Positions 48,959 to 61,607 are shown, numbered from the stretch's first letter. The stretch is 64,000 bases of DNA from Eledone cirrhosa (GCA_964016885.1 OZ024744.1:100626001-100690000); one strand, 5' to 3'. Translations and numbers: made by a program. The notes: generated from the letters alone by a model not told the origin.

Positions 48959-48963
<5 letters not shown>
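48113..48963 (-). mobile_element. Tc1/mariner DD37D (maT-type) transposon, internally deleted
   Basis: TIRs cagggtgcagacgatatttgttcgtaa / ttacgaacaaatatcgtccgcacc in a TA context; ORF 48237-48836 with QQD-x37-D (WQQDSAPCH..WPPSSPDCNPLD); the first catalytic D and the HTH region are missing. Confidence 0.9.
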
Positions 48964-49000
<37 letters not shown>

Positions 49001-49139
49001 TATATATATTATATATATATATATGTGTGTGTGTGTATGATGTATATATATGAGTGTGCACACACCAACAATATAAAACTCAGAGACACCCAAGTGTTCA
49101 TACACACACACACAAACTTGAAGCAATAATACATACCTG

Positions 49140-49430
49140 TCAATTTCATCTCTTCACCACACATATAATCACACTTAGACCCTCCATCTTGGCACCTCCC
49201 CACTCCTGAATACCAGACCTCTCACCTACCACACCCAACCTATTTATCTTTTCCGTATACTCTTTTTCTAACTTTCACACGCAGCTTTAATGTACCTACC
49301 TGTTTCTCTCTCTATCCAAACTTTTCTGATGATGGATCGCCGTTCAGAATGTAGAACACTCCTCCACTTCTTCTAAGTATGAACCTAATAAGACTTTGTA
49401 TTTTTGCATTCCTGTGTTTGTTTTGTTTTA
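49140..49430 (+). mobile_element. Putative Penelope-type LTR fragment with a degenerate hammerhead (49322-49356)
   Basis: Pyrimidine-rich tract, then tttt-CTGATGA-TGGA tcgccg TTCA-GAAT-gta-gaa; gtagaacactc is shared with 31148-31159. Confidence 0.4.
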
Positions 49431-49439
49431 TTTATCAAC

Positions 49440-50117
49440 TATCATCATCAATATGATCATCATTTAACGCCCATCTTCCACGCTAGCATGGGTTAGATGG
49501 TTTTGCTCCATTTGATGTGGGATTGGTCGGGAGACCATGTCTCGCTCGTATGGAAGTGTCTCTGGCAGGTTTCTACGGCTGGATGCCCTTCCTAACACCA
49601 ACCACATTTACAGTGTGGACTGGGAGCCTTTTTACTGTGTCTCCTACACAATGGAAAAAAATGTAGGGGTATATATTGGGTCAAGAGGTGCCTACTGACT
49701 GTAGATTTAAGTTTGTATACAAGGGAGGCAGGTCTTCTGTACAACTGCATGGCACCAAAGGTCTTGATCCAGTGACATTGTCTTAGAGAAGTGTGAGCAA
49801 GGTCAGTTGTTCTCACCTCGTCCTAGGTGTTTTTGGTCTACCCACTCCGTAGCTTCCATCAATTTTCATTGCCCTGCACTTTTTTATACAGCTGTTGTCC
49901 TTCATACGCATCACATGTCCATACCAATGCAATCTCCTCTCCAGAACACAACATTTGATACCTCTTATACTTAGTCTCTCTCTCAATTCGTTTATGCTTT
50001 GCCGTTCGTATACATTACTATTACACATCCATTGGAGCATGCAAGCTTCATTTCTTTCTAATCTACGCAAGTCTTCAGCACACAATGCCCAGGTCTCATT
50101 ACTATTTAATATCGCTG
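49440..50117 (-). mobile_element. RTE 3' fragment
   Basis: ETWALCAEDLRRLERNEACM..RLHWYGHVMRM plus UTR and tail. Confidence 0.88.
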
Positions 50118-51424
50118 GAATTACTTTAGTGACCACTGGCCATAGCTCACAGGCTCAATAAGATTACAAGTGTGCAGTTGATTGGCTGTACGTTGCATTA
50201 CAGAGTGAACACATTAGTTAGTGAGTGTTTTGGCAGTGTTCAAGTATTAATTACTCTAAATCGATCTCCTGGACGGAATTGTATTTCATTGTAAGCTTTT
50301 ACCTATAACAGTTATTAAATGTGTTATATGCAGAGGATTGCATAATAACAGCAAATGTTATGCAACCTGGGCAGATTACAATTCATCAGCAGGATACCAG
50401 TACAACAACATATCGGTATTTAAGGTGTACATGACTAATGAATCTACTAGCTTCCTGGTTCTAGCAGTTTACTGTCGTGTTAGCATGTGACCTCCAAAAT
50501 CGAGAAAGAAAGTTGTGAAAAGAATACACTGATGGGGTAGAATTCAAACAACTGTAATTCCTGCCAATAAAGAACTCCGCCATTCATTTTCAAACATATG
50601 TATATAGAAATACTTAGACATATGAAAAGGCTGCTTTGCAATATAAAATTGAACAATCAACATTCAATATACAATTAATATAGAAAAGTTCAAACCTTAT
50701 ACAGGAGGTAAATTCAATCCATGGATGGGATTATATATATATATATATTTATAAATTCAAAAAGGGGGCACACAAGACAAAGATAATGGAAAGACAGACA
50801 GTCCCATTTCTTCAGTTAACCTCTGGAAAACACTGCAGTTTCAGATAATTAAGGTTGATACCATTCATTCCAGTGCACACTGAGACATAACAAAACAGGT
50901 AGAGACAAGTTATGCCTTTAGGCAAATTACACAAATATAGAGTGTGCAAGGGCTTAGCCAAAGGAGAAAAATATAGAAAGGGGAGAAATAGTAAAATAGA
51001 AGAGAATAATAAGGACTGTAGTTCAACATGCAGACAAAGAAGAAGGTCACTGAAGCATAGAAAAAGGTAAGAAGGGAGAATAGAGGAAAACAGGCCAGGC
51101 AGTGTGATGTCTATTTTATGATAGTTTCAAGGAAAACCTGCATGACTAAGTCTTTAGAATATAAATTCAAAATAGGAGCCCATGGAACAAAAACACTTCT
51201 ACCTCTTTCTATTACTTCTTTTATTTATCATTCTATTTCCTGATGAAGAATTAACTATATCAAGCATTAAACTAATATATCTCATTGTACTGTATTGTTT
51301 GCTTTGTTATTTTCCATTTACTTTTTGCATGTATATATATATGTATATATATATCATCATCATCATCATTTCATTTTTACGTCCGCTTTTTCCCTGCTTG
51401 CATATATATATATATATGTACATA

Positions 51425-51982
51425 TTTAACGAAGGGTATTAGTAGTAGTTATTAGATGAGAGAACATGAATAAACGATTTGCTTTAGATATAAAGGTTTA
51501 CTTCGCTTAAGTCAAAAATAACAATAAACAAGTTACCACGAGTTGCGAAGGTTGACAATGTTATTTTGTAGTTGATTCATGAGGCTGGTGTAGTCTGCGA
51601 CCAGGAGAGAGAGAGAGAGAGAGAGTAATGGTCTGTAGACCTCTGAATGGTCTGTAGTTGACTGTAGACCACTGTGGCCTGTAGATAGCGGTGAATCTTT
51701 CACATAGCTTGTAATAGCGTACTGTTCCGATCGCTCTGTATGTCTGTAGACCTCTGGGGCCTGAAGGTAGCGGTGAATCTTTCACATAGCTTGTAATAGC
51801 GTACTGCTCCGATCGCTCTGTCTAAACGTGGGATGGTTCAGGCTTTATATACCTGTCGCTTTCTGTCTCCCACTTTGAGGGGATAGCCCACGCATGAACC
51901 TGTTCACACCAAAAGGGTGGTGACCTAGAGTTTGACCTTTAGGTGTCACCCAAGGTTCAAGGCGTGGACAGATCTCGCTACA
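51425..51982 (-). mobile_element. Probable solo LTR
   Basis: Minus strand TGTAGCG...CGTTAAA (decayed TG..CA inverted termini), TATATAAAG, internal direct repeat of about 55 bp, flanks cata/cgta. Confidence 0.5.
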
Positions 51983-52170
51983 CGTATATATATATCATCA
52001 CCATCGCTGTTCAATGTCCACCTTCCACACTAATATTAGAAGGGAGAATAGAAGAAAACAGGCCAGGCACTGTGATGTCTATTGTATGATAGTTTTTAAA
52101 AAAAGCCTGCATGACTAAATTTTTAGAATATAAATTCAGGACAAAGACACTGGAAAAAACAACAGCAGAA

Positions 52171-52212
<42 letters not shown>

Positions 52213-52214
52213 AT

Positions 52215-52950
52215 ATCATCATCATCATCTTCGTTTAACATCCATCTTCCACACTAGCATGGGTTAGACGGGAGTTGTCCCACTTGAGGCAAGGTTGGTT
52301 GGGTGACCGTGTCTCGCTCATATAGGACTATCTGGCAGGTTTTCTATGGCTGGATGCCCTTCCTAACACCAACCACATTTACAGTGTGGAACTGGGAACT
52401 TTATACCGTGTTACCTACACAACCACATTACAGCGTCGACTGTGTGTTTTTTTGTCGTGACACCTACACGACCTCATTATCTCATTTATTTGGACTGGAT
52501 GTTGTGGTACCAACTTTACAGAGTGAGGGTGGCGTTGGTGGGAGTGGGAGGATAGAGTAGGGGTAGTGGATTGGGGTGTATATTTGGTTAAAAGGTGCCT
52601 ACTGACTGTAGGTTTCGCTTTGTACATAGGCAAGGCAGGTCTTCTGTATTACTGCGTAGCGCCAACGATCTTGGTCCAGTGACATTGTCTTAGAGAGGTG
52701 CAAGTGTGTAAGGTTGGAATTTATCAGATCGTCCCAGGTTATTCTGGGTCTACTTACTCCATAACTACCATCAATTTTGATTACCCTGCACATTTTTATG
52801 CAGCTGTCGTCTTTCATGCGCATCACATGACCATACCAACATAGTCTTCTCTCAAGTAAACAGCATCTGATCCCTCTTATTTTAATTTCTCACGTAGTTC
52901 ATTTATGCTTTGCCGTTCTATTACACATCCAACGGAGCATGCATGCTTCA
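52215..52950 (-). mobile_element. RTE family C-like 3' fragment
   Basis: MRMKDDSCIK..WDDLINS..LSKTMSLD plus UTR and tail. Confidence 0.88.
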
Positions 52951-53289
52951 TAAATATATATATATATATAAGAAAAATAATAAAGATTTGAAAAAAAGCA
53001 TCTAATGTGTTTTTATTTATTATATATACATGTGTAGTACAAAATGAAAAACATTTTTCACATCAAAAAGAATAGTTTTTGTACTTTTGTATTTGACTAG
53101 TTTCACTTAAATCAGCTTTTCAAAAGTTTTACATACAGTCTGGAACAGGCAGTTGAAACAGCAAGAGCTCAGCCGTTGGGGTTCCGACTCTTTATAATAA
53201 TATTCTACTATCCCAAGTATTGAGTACTCTGTTGAGTAATGGCCTAACTAGTTTCAAACCATTCTGATTTATCTATATATATATGTATA

Positions 53290-54140
53290 TATCTAGGGTG
53301 AGTAAAATTCTCAAGATCCGTGGACAAGTTCTCTCCAGCGGTCTCTGTCCCTCATCATTGCTGCCATTTCCTGCGTCTCCAAGAGACCAGTGTCTGTCCT
53401 TAGGGCATCAGCATATGTCAACTTCGGTTTCCCTCTTCCAGTGTGTCCATGCAGGGGCTCTCACAGAACCACTGAATGCAATGTCAACTCTGAATGTTGG
53501 TGAGCATGTCCAGCTAACCTCAGTCTCCTCTGTGTCACTTTTGACCTGACTTTCGGGAGGCTCCTGTACAGCTCTGAGTTCTTCATCCTCAGTGTATACT
53601 GATTAATGTTCAGAGCCATCCTCAGCATTCTCGTGTAGCACCCAACCACCAACTGAGTGAGATTCTTGGTCAGTGTCCAAGTCTCAGTCCCGTACAGCAA
53701 CACAGACTCCACTGTAGCAATGAAGAGACAGATCTTCAGGTCTTTATGAAGGTCCGATTTCCACACCGATCTCAAACTGTGGCACGCTGCCCAGGCTTTG
53801 CTCATTCTCTCAACCACATCATCCTCTGTGTTCCCAATCTTTGCTCCCAGATACAGGAAGTCCTCAACCAACTCTAGCAGCTTCCCGCCTACATTCATCA
53901 TTTTCTCTGCCTTAATGTTCTCTACCAGATAAATCGTCTTAATCTCATTCATTCTCAGCCCCACAACTCATCGACACAGTCTCCAACTCCTCTGCCTCCT
54001 TCACTGTGATTGTCACCAGAACTATGTCGTCAGCAAATTCAATTCAGCATCTGATATCTTTTTAGCTTTAACTCTCCTGCTCTGAGCCAGTGCTACAGCA
54101 AAGCCAGAGTCGTAGTGTTTCTCCAGTGCAAGGCACATAC
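53290..54140 (-). mobile_element. RTE-like LINE family D 3' part
   Basis: FADD (minus strand about 54026-54037), VEDFLYLG, ESVLLYGTETWTL, RLRLAGH. Confidence 0.85.
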
Positions 54141-54195
54141 AATAGTCCACTGCGATGATAAAATATATATATACACATATATATATATATACATA

Positions 54196-54568
54196 GTCAA
54201 CTGACGAGGGGTCTGTCCCTCGTTTGTGCTTTCCTTTTATTTTTAAATACACTTTATCAAGTAACAACACAACTCCCTGTTTCTTTCAAAATTTTTATTA
54301 ATTTTTTGCTGACCTGTTCCCTCTTTCTCTCTATCTACTTTGTTACCATTAACTCTTTCCCTTTCTTTCTTTCTCTCTCTCTCTCTCTCCCTCCCTCTCT
54401 CTCCCCCTCTCACTTTTACTCTCCTTCTCTCTGCTCCCCTTTCTGCTACCGTTTTCTCCCGTATCTGCCTCTTTTCGCCTACTCATGCAGAGGTCAGGCC
54501 CGTTTTCTTTGCTCTCCCTAATTCACCATCAACAAAAGCCTCAAACTTATGTTCAGTAGCTGTTTTTG

Positions 54569-54639
<71 letters not shown>

Positions 54640-55010
54640 ACTTATATACATACATGCGCTTTTCATGTTTCCCTCTTTTTCGGTATGTTCTCTGTGTTTT
54701 TTATTCCTTTTCTTCCCTTCTGTTTAATTTTCTCTCTCTCTCCTTTTTTCCCCAATAATTTCCAATAGTTTTTGATGCACTGGAGCTAGACATAATGTCC
54801 GTGATCTCCAGCAGACAACTGATGAAGGGATTTTCCCCCGTTTGTGCTTTCCTCTTATTATATAGGAACTGTAGTCCTTTGCATTTCCGGATTTTGACAC
54901 TCAGGTTTATGGTGTTTTACACTCCACTTTTATCTCACTTGCTCTTAAAACGCACCACTCGATGATAAAATAAGAACTGTAATTCTTTACACCTCTCGAT
55001 TCTGACAGGT
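54196..55010 (+). mobile_element. Putative Penelope/retrozyme-like unit bounded by direct repeats carrying hammerhead cores
   Basis: caaCTGACGAgggg..ccctcgtttgtgctttcct (54198-54235) and caaCTGATGAaggga..cccccgtttgtgctttcct..GGAAC-tgta-GTC (54816-54876), with a (CT)n-rich interior. Confidence 0.5.
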
Positions 55011-55501
55011 TTTCTACTTCAGTTAATATGTTTCAAATCTTTCAAATTTTGATATTGGTTGTAACACACAGGCATTTTTTATATTTTTATTTGTTTGTCG
55101 TCCCCCCCCCCCCCCCACACACACACACTTGAAATGGTGGCAGGATGGATGCCAACCTACACACACAAATTCTTCAGAACATAGCAGCAGCACACTAAAG
55201 CTGACCTGCCAGCTGACCCCTTAACACCACTACCACTACCAACACAATGGAGAGGGTCAGCTGTACTTAAACAAAACAACTACAACAGATTGTCTCACCC
55301 CAGAAAAATTTCTATAGACTTTTGACTGTGGAATGTTCTCACAACTGACCAATGGGATGCAAGCGTGTCCTATGACGCCGAAATTCGTTTGTTCTAACTC
55401 ATATGATTCCAGTTCCTCAGAAGAATAACAACACAGCCAGGAGCTGGACATATCGATGTATTGACATGTGTACCTGTCTTTCCCACACCAATTCGGACTG
55501 C

Positions 55502-55540
55502 CTGAAGAGGTGACAGCCAATGATGGCTGTCACCGAAATA
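55502..55540 (+). ncRNA. Hammerhead core with a perfect 11-bp stem II, 3' side lost
   Basis: CTGAAGA-GGTGACAGCCA atga TGGCTGTCACC-GAAA, then (TA)n and an RTE insertion. Confidence 0.65.
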
Positions 55541-55562
55541 TATATACATATTTGACTTAATT

Positions 55563-58500
55563 ATACCACTGCAGACTCCTCTCTCGTACATTACATTCTA
55601 TCCCTCTCAGACACAGTTTCTCTCTTAACACATCCATGCTGGGTCGTTCACACACATTGACATTGCACATCCAACGGAGCATGCTTGCCTTATTTCTCTC
55701 CAGCTGCCGCATATCCTCTGCAGTTGCTGCCCAAGTCTCACTACCATGCAGCATCGCGCTCCTCACACAGGCATCATATAACTGGCCTTTTGTATGCAGG
55801 GAGAAACCCTTCTTCGTCAGCAGAGGAAGCAGTTCTCTAAACTTCTTCCAACCCGTCCTTACTCTAGATACTATGGCCTCGGAACACACCCCTCCCATGC
55901 TAATCTGATCTCCTAGGTACCGGAAGCTATCCAGCACTTCTATAGCACCCGCCTGCATTTGAAAAAAGTGTCTATCAATGCGACTTCTACTGTCTAATTT
56001 CCCTGTACATCTACTGCATACGTATTTCTCCCTACCTGTTAGTTTGCCTGCTATCCCACTACATCTCTTGTGTACCCAAGATCTGCATTGTGTGCATTTT
56101 ATAGAATTTATGCCAGTTCCTTTTCTACATATCAAACATGGCCATTTCCCTGACGGAATCAGAGTTTTGTCCTCTTTTCTACTCATCAACACTTTTGTCT
56201 TAGCTAGGTTCACTCGCAGTCCTCTTGCTTCCAACTGCAGTTTCCATAGCCAGAATTTATTCTCTAGCTCCTCTACTGATTCTGCTATAAGAACCAGATC
56301 GTCAGCATAGAGAAGTTCCCATTGGCATCCAGTCTTAAACTCCTCTGTTATGGCTTGGAGGACTATAATGAACAAGAGCGGGCTGAGGACCGAACCTTGA
56401 TGTACTCCTACTTGTATCTGGAATTCCTCAGTAAACTCCATTCCTACCCTGACTTTACTGACAGCACCTCTGTACAAAGTTTGCACTGTCCTCACAAGCC
56501 ATTCCTCAACACCTACTTTACTTAGGGACCACCAGATGACAGATCGGGGTACCCTATCAAAGGCCTTCTCTAGGTCAACAAAGGCTAAGTATAGAACCTC
56601 TCTTGTAATTATCTCACCAAGAAGAGGGCATCTGTTGTACATTTCCCAGGCACAAAACCAAACTGCATCTCATCTAGTTTGACCCTTTCTCTAATTAGTT
56701 GTGTTAATATCCTTTCTGCCACTTTCATAACCTGATCCATCAGTTTTATACCCCTATAATTGTTCCTCTCCAGAGCATCCCCTTTACCTTTGTAGCAATT
56801 TATGAGAATACTGCTGCACCAGTCTTTGGGTATGACACCACCATATATAACCTGATTGATAATGCGTGCAACCAGTTTAGTGCCTAGGTCCCCTGATGCC
56901 TTCAGCAACTCAGCAACTACCCTCGACGGTCCAGCAGCCTTACCATTTTTCATTTCCTTAATCGCCTCTTGGACCCTATATTCGTCAATCTCAATAGCTG
57001 GTCCCTCTGTCAGATCTACTGAGGGTAATTTCTCTCTTTCCCATTCGTTCTCCACATTCATCAGTCTCTCATAATGACATTTCCAGGCCTCCTTTTTCTG
57101 ATCATTCATGACACTAAGTACACCAGCATCATTCCGGACACATTTATCTCCAACAACATCCTGATTTGCATTGACACACTGCCTTGCAATGTGGAACACC
57201 GCACACCTCTGATCTTCCCATCACAGAACATTGGCAAACCTCCTACTCTCTGCCTCCCTGCATGCTAAGTACACCTGACGTCTAGCTTCTCTCTTAGCGG
57301 CTGTATATCCTTCTCTACTCCCATCCTTTTTCCAAGCCTTCCATGCTGGTCTTTTGTCTCTAATATCCCTATCTACTGTGCTGTTCCACCACCAGGTCAC
57401 TCTCTGTCTGGTTGGAGCTCTGCTCCAGCCACAAGTTTCATCGGTAGCCTGCAGTAAGTTGTCACATAAGAAATTCCAGTTATTATTTATGTCATACGAC
57501 TCTAAATCATCTTCTTTTTCATCATACACATCTTGAAGGGCTTTCCTAAATTTGTATTTTAGTGAAAGGTCTTTTAGCTTCCAGACCTTTCTTCTCCACA
57601 CCTTCCTGTATGTCTCATTCCATCTCTTGCTTACTGAGATATCACTAACGACTAACCTATGCTGTGGGGTACATTCTTCCCCAAGGTATGCCTTGGTATT
57701 AGACACTATCTGCCTGTCCCGCTGCCTAACTAGTAAGAAGTCAATCTGGCTTATGTGCTCGCCTGATTTGTAGGTTATTAGGTGGTTGGCAGGTTTCTGG
57801 AAGTTAGTGTTGCAAATAGTCAGTGTTCTTGCATCACAAAATTCAAGAAGTCTCACTCCTTCATTTCTTGAGCCGTAACCGAGCCCACCATGTACCCCAG
57901 TGTAACCAACCTGGAGCTGTCCAAAATGACCATTGAAGTCCCCTGCTAGCATAACGATGTCTCCGTCCTCTGTCATTGCGGCTGTTTGTAAAAGTTGCTC
58001 GTAAAAGCAGTCTTTCTCTTCTTTACCTAGGCCTGATTGGGGGAACATAGGCAGAGATGATTGTCAGTAGTCTCCTGCCTACAACTAATCTAAGCTTATT
58101 TATTCGATTATTAACTCGAACTACCTCTATTGTCTTATCGATCCATCTCTCAGCCAGGGAAATGCCTACTCCCCCTAACCCATCATCCTTACCTGCCCAG
58201 AAAAGCTTATAACTCAGATGTTTGCCTGCAATTAGTCTCGCAGAGGCACCTCTCCATCTCACCTCTTGTACTCAACACACATCCACATGTCTTCTCACCA
58301 GCATCTCCGCTATTTCACCAGATCTACCTGTGATAGTGCCAACATTAAGTGTTACAACTCTGAGATGCAACGTCTTCATATTTTTGTTGTTCCTTTTCTT
58401 GTAGTGCTATTGCTTGAAGACGGTCGGGGGTTCTCGCACATGGCCGCACCATCCACCCCACTACCGTGCGCAGCCCTAACATGGTGTATATTTGTTGCTG

Positions 58501-58670
58501 TGCTCATAATTGTTTTGGCATTGATACACTGGTTGGAAGCCCTTCCTAACACCAGTGCCACTTTACAGCATGGACTGGGTGCTTTTATTCGTGCCACCAG
58601 CACTAGAGAGGATATTTTACTGGACTCATGGGCCCTCTCTACCCCTCCATTTTACAGCATGGTCATAACA
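55563..58670 (-). mobile_element. RTE LINE family A with 5' end retained and 3' end lost
   Basis: LRVVTLNVGT endonuclease start, pieces 57221-58048, 56609-57199 and 55557-56642 (YADD, Cys finger); closely similar to 2556-5406. Confidence 0.93.
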
Positions 58671-59044
58671 AAAAAAAAAACACTTATTGACACTCACGGC
58701 ACACACACACACACTCACTCACACACCAACGCTCACGCATACAAAGACACACGCCACTCACACACCAACACTCATGCATACAAACACACAGACGCCACTC
58801 ACACACACACATACATATATTGCCATCAGTACTGATGCAAGGTCATGTCAACTGTTGACTTTTACAGTTCAGTATTTTTATAATAATAATAATTGTTTGC
58901 TTTACAGCATAGAGCAACAGCCCTCCATGCTCCAGGTCCAAAACAAGGCACCAGCAATGCGCTGGGACAATCACTACCCATACCAAGAACAGAATAGTTA
59001 TTACTATTATTATAGTTATTTTCTTCTTCTTAAGTCCTGATCAC

Positions 59045-59310
59045 TGGTGATGGTGTTGGTGGTGGATGGTGTCAGTGATGGTGGTGGTGGTGGATGTTGT
59101 CAGTGATGGTGATGGCAGTTGTTGTTGTCGTTGTTGTTGCTGCTGCCGTTGTTGTTGTTCATTTCACTGATGCTGCTGCTGCAGACAATGGTGTTGTTAT
59201 TGGTGTTGTTGTTGTTGCTGTTGTTGTAGTCGCTGGGTTGTTGTAGTTGCTGTTGTTGTTGTTGTAGTTGTTGTTGTTGCTGTGTTGAAATCTGGTCGCA
59301 TAGACTGATA
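59045..59310. repeat. (GGT)n/(GTT)n-rich repeat unit, also at 59768-59908 and 61337-61444
   Basis: cagacaatggtgttg..(GTT)n..gtgttgaaatctggtcgcata occurs three times. Confidence 0.8.
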
Positions 59311-59352
59311 TATATATATACATATATATATATATTTGTCGCTGGATGTTTA

Positions 59353-59405
59353 CTGAGGAGAGCAGGACATGATATTCTTACACTTATTCATCTCGAAACA
59401 TATTT
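59353..59405 (+). ncRNA. Degenerate hammerhead-like motif
   Basis: CTGAGGA-GAG(29 nt)CTC-GAAAC-atat; cleavage-side bases have diverged; follows (TA)n. Confidence 0.4.
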
Positions 59406-59694
59406 GGATTTTAAAGTTTAAACTTATCTACCGAACAGGTTTGATTTTGAAATTTAAATGTGTCTAAACATCATAGCCATTTGGCAATGCAGTTCGTCTT
59501 TGTTGATTTATTATTTTAAATCGATATGGACAAGCTGTAGTATAATAATTAGTATACTTCATTCTGGCTAAATTTTCTTTTGCAATATAAATACAGATGT
59601 GTTGGTATCTGTGTTTCATCATATATATGAGTTTATACACGGCTCAGAAATATTTCCTTCTTCGAGCTAATTCCATTGTAAAAGAATTCATTAC

Positions 59695-59755
<61 letters not shown>

Positions 59756-59906
59756 TTGGTCGCTTCGCATTCAACACAGACAATGGTGTTGTTGCTGTTG
59801 TTGTTGTAGTTGCTGTTGTTGATGTAGTTGCTGTTGTTGTTGTAGTTGCTGTTGTTGTTGTTGTAGTTGTTGTTGTAGCTGTGTTGAAATCTGGTCGCAT
59901 AGACTG

Positions 59907-59975
<69 letters not shown>

Positions 59976-59976
<1 letters not shown>

Positions 59977-61306
59977 TAGCCCTCTCCTTTCATCATAGTC
60001 CTGCAGGCAATAACGGAGGAGTTTAAGACCGGATGCCCATGGGAACTCCTGTATGCTGATGACCTCGCACTTATAGCTGAATCTATGGTAGAACTAGAGA
60101 AGAAATTCCAAACTTGGAAGCAGGGACTAGAAAGAAAGGGTCTCAAAGTCAACATGACAAAGACTAAGGTCCTTGTAAGTAGACGACAAAACAGAACCCA
60201 GATCCCCTCAGGGAAATGGCCTTGCTCAGTGTGTAGGAAAGGTGTAGGTAGGAACTCCATTCTCTGCCCCAAATACAAACAATGGGTACACAAGAGATGT
60301 AGCTGGATCTCAGGAAGCTTAATTAAGAATGTAGGCTTCACATGCAGCAGCTGTGCTGGGACAGCAAACAGCAAACAGCCACAGGAAACAAGTACCACCA
60401 ATCTCTGGGAGGGCCCTGTAGAGACAGTAGACAGCTTCTGCTACCTAGGTAGCAGCGGAGGTGGGTGTTCAGAAAGTACAATAACTAGGGTAAGAACGGG
60501 ATGGAATAAGTTCAGGGAACTACTGCCACTGCTAGCTGCAAAAGGCTTCTCCCTCAAAATGAAAGGCAGACTGTATGATGCGTGTATCCAAACAGCAATG
60601 TTACATGGTAGTGAGACCTGGGCGCTGAAGGTGGAAGACTTACGTAGATTAGAAAGAAATGAAGCCTGCATGCTCCGATGGATGTGTAACAGTAATATAC
60701 GCGAACGACAAAGCATAAATGAATTGAGAGAGAGACTGAGCATAAAAGGAATCAAATGCTGTGTGCAGGAGAGGAGGTTGCGTTGGTATGGACATGTGAT
60801 GCGTATGAAGGATGACAGCTGCATAAAAAGGTGCAGAGCACTAGAAGTCGATGGAAACCGCGGAGTGGGGAGACCCAAGAACACCTGGGATGAGGTAATA
60901 AAATCCGACTTTACCCAATTACACCTCTCAAAGGCGATGACACACGACCGTGACCTCTGGCGTCACGCAGTAATACAGAATACCCGACCTCCCATGGGTA
61001 CAAGCTGAAGCATATAGACAATATGCCCCACACCCTCCCACTGCAAGGTGGTCGTGAAGGTGCCACGGCAAAAAAGCACCCAGCCCACACTGTAAAGTGG
61101 ACGTGTAGGCGCCACGAAAAAGCACCCAGCACTCACTGTAAATGAGGTTGGTGTTAGGAAGGGCATCCAGCTGTAGAAATCAAGCCAAATCAGTTCCTGT
61201 ATGAGCAAGGCATGGTCAGCCGACCAGACACTGCCCACAACAGGACAACCCGTCTAACCCATGCTAGCGTGGAAGAACAGACGTAAAACGGTGATGATGA
61301 TGATGA
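59976..61306 (+). mobile_element. RTE LINE family B, 5'-truncated
   Basis: LLYADD through TRPPMGTS*, UTR and (GAT)n tail; closely similar to 13174-14968. Confidence 0.95.
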
Positions 61307-61445
61307 TATACACATATATATATATACATACGCACACATTCAAACACAGACATTGGTGTTGTTGTTGTTGCAGTTGCTGTTGTTGTTGTAGTTGCTGTTG
61401 TTGTTGTTGTAGTTGTTGTTGTTGTGTTGAAATCTGGTCGCATAT

Positions 61446-61488
<43 letters not shown>

Positions 61489-61607
61489 GATAAATCTACC
61501 AAGAGTTTACGGTATATATATATATTTATATATATATATATTCATATATATATATAAATATATGTATATCTATGGAATGTATAAAAGTGACACACGATTT
61601 GATATAT

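Noticed and set aside
50118-50580. Weak GPCR-like words (HWP, CYATWAD, VLAVYCRV, KSRKKVVK) in apparently unique sequence
   Set aside because: Multiple stops, compressed spacing and no DRY motif; not distinguishable from chance without a TBLASTN/HMM search.
61254-61557. PolyQ, polyC and polyT ORFs
   Set aside because: Translations of a (GTT)n microsatellite.
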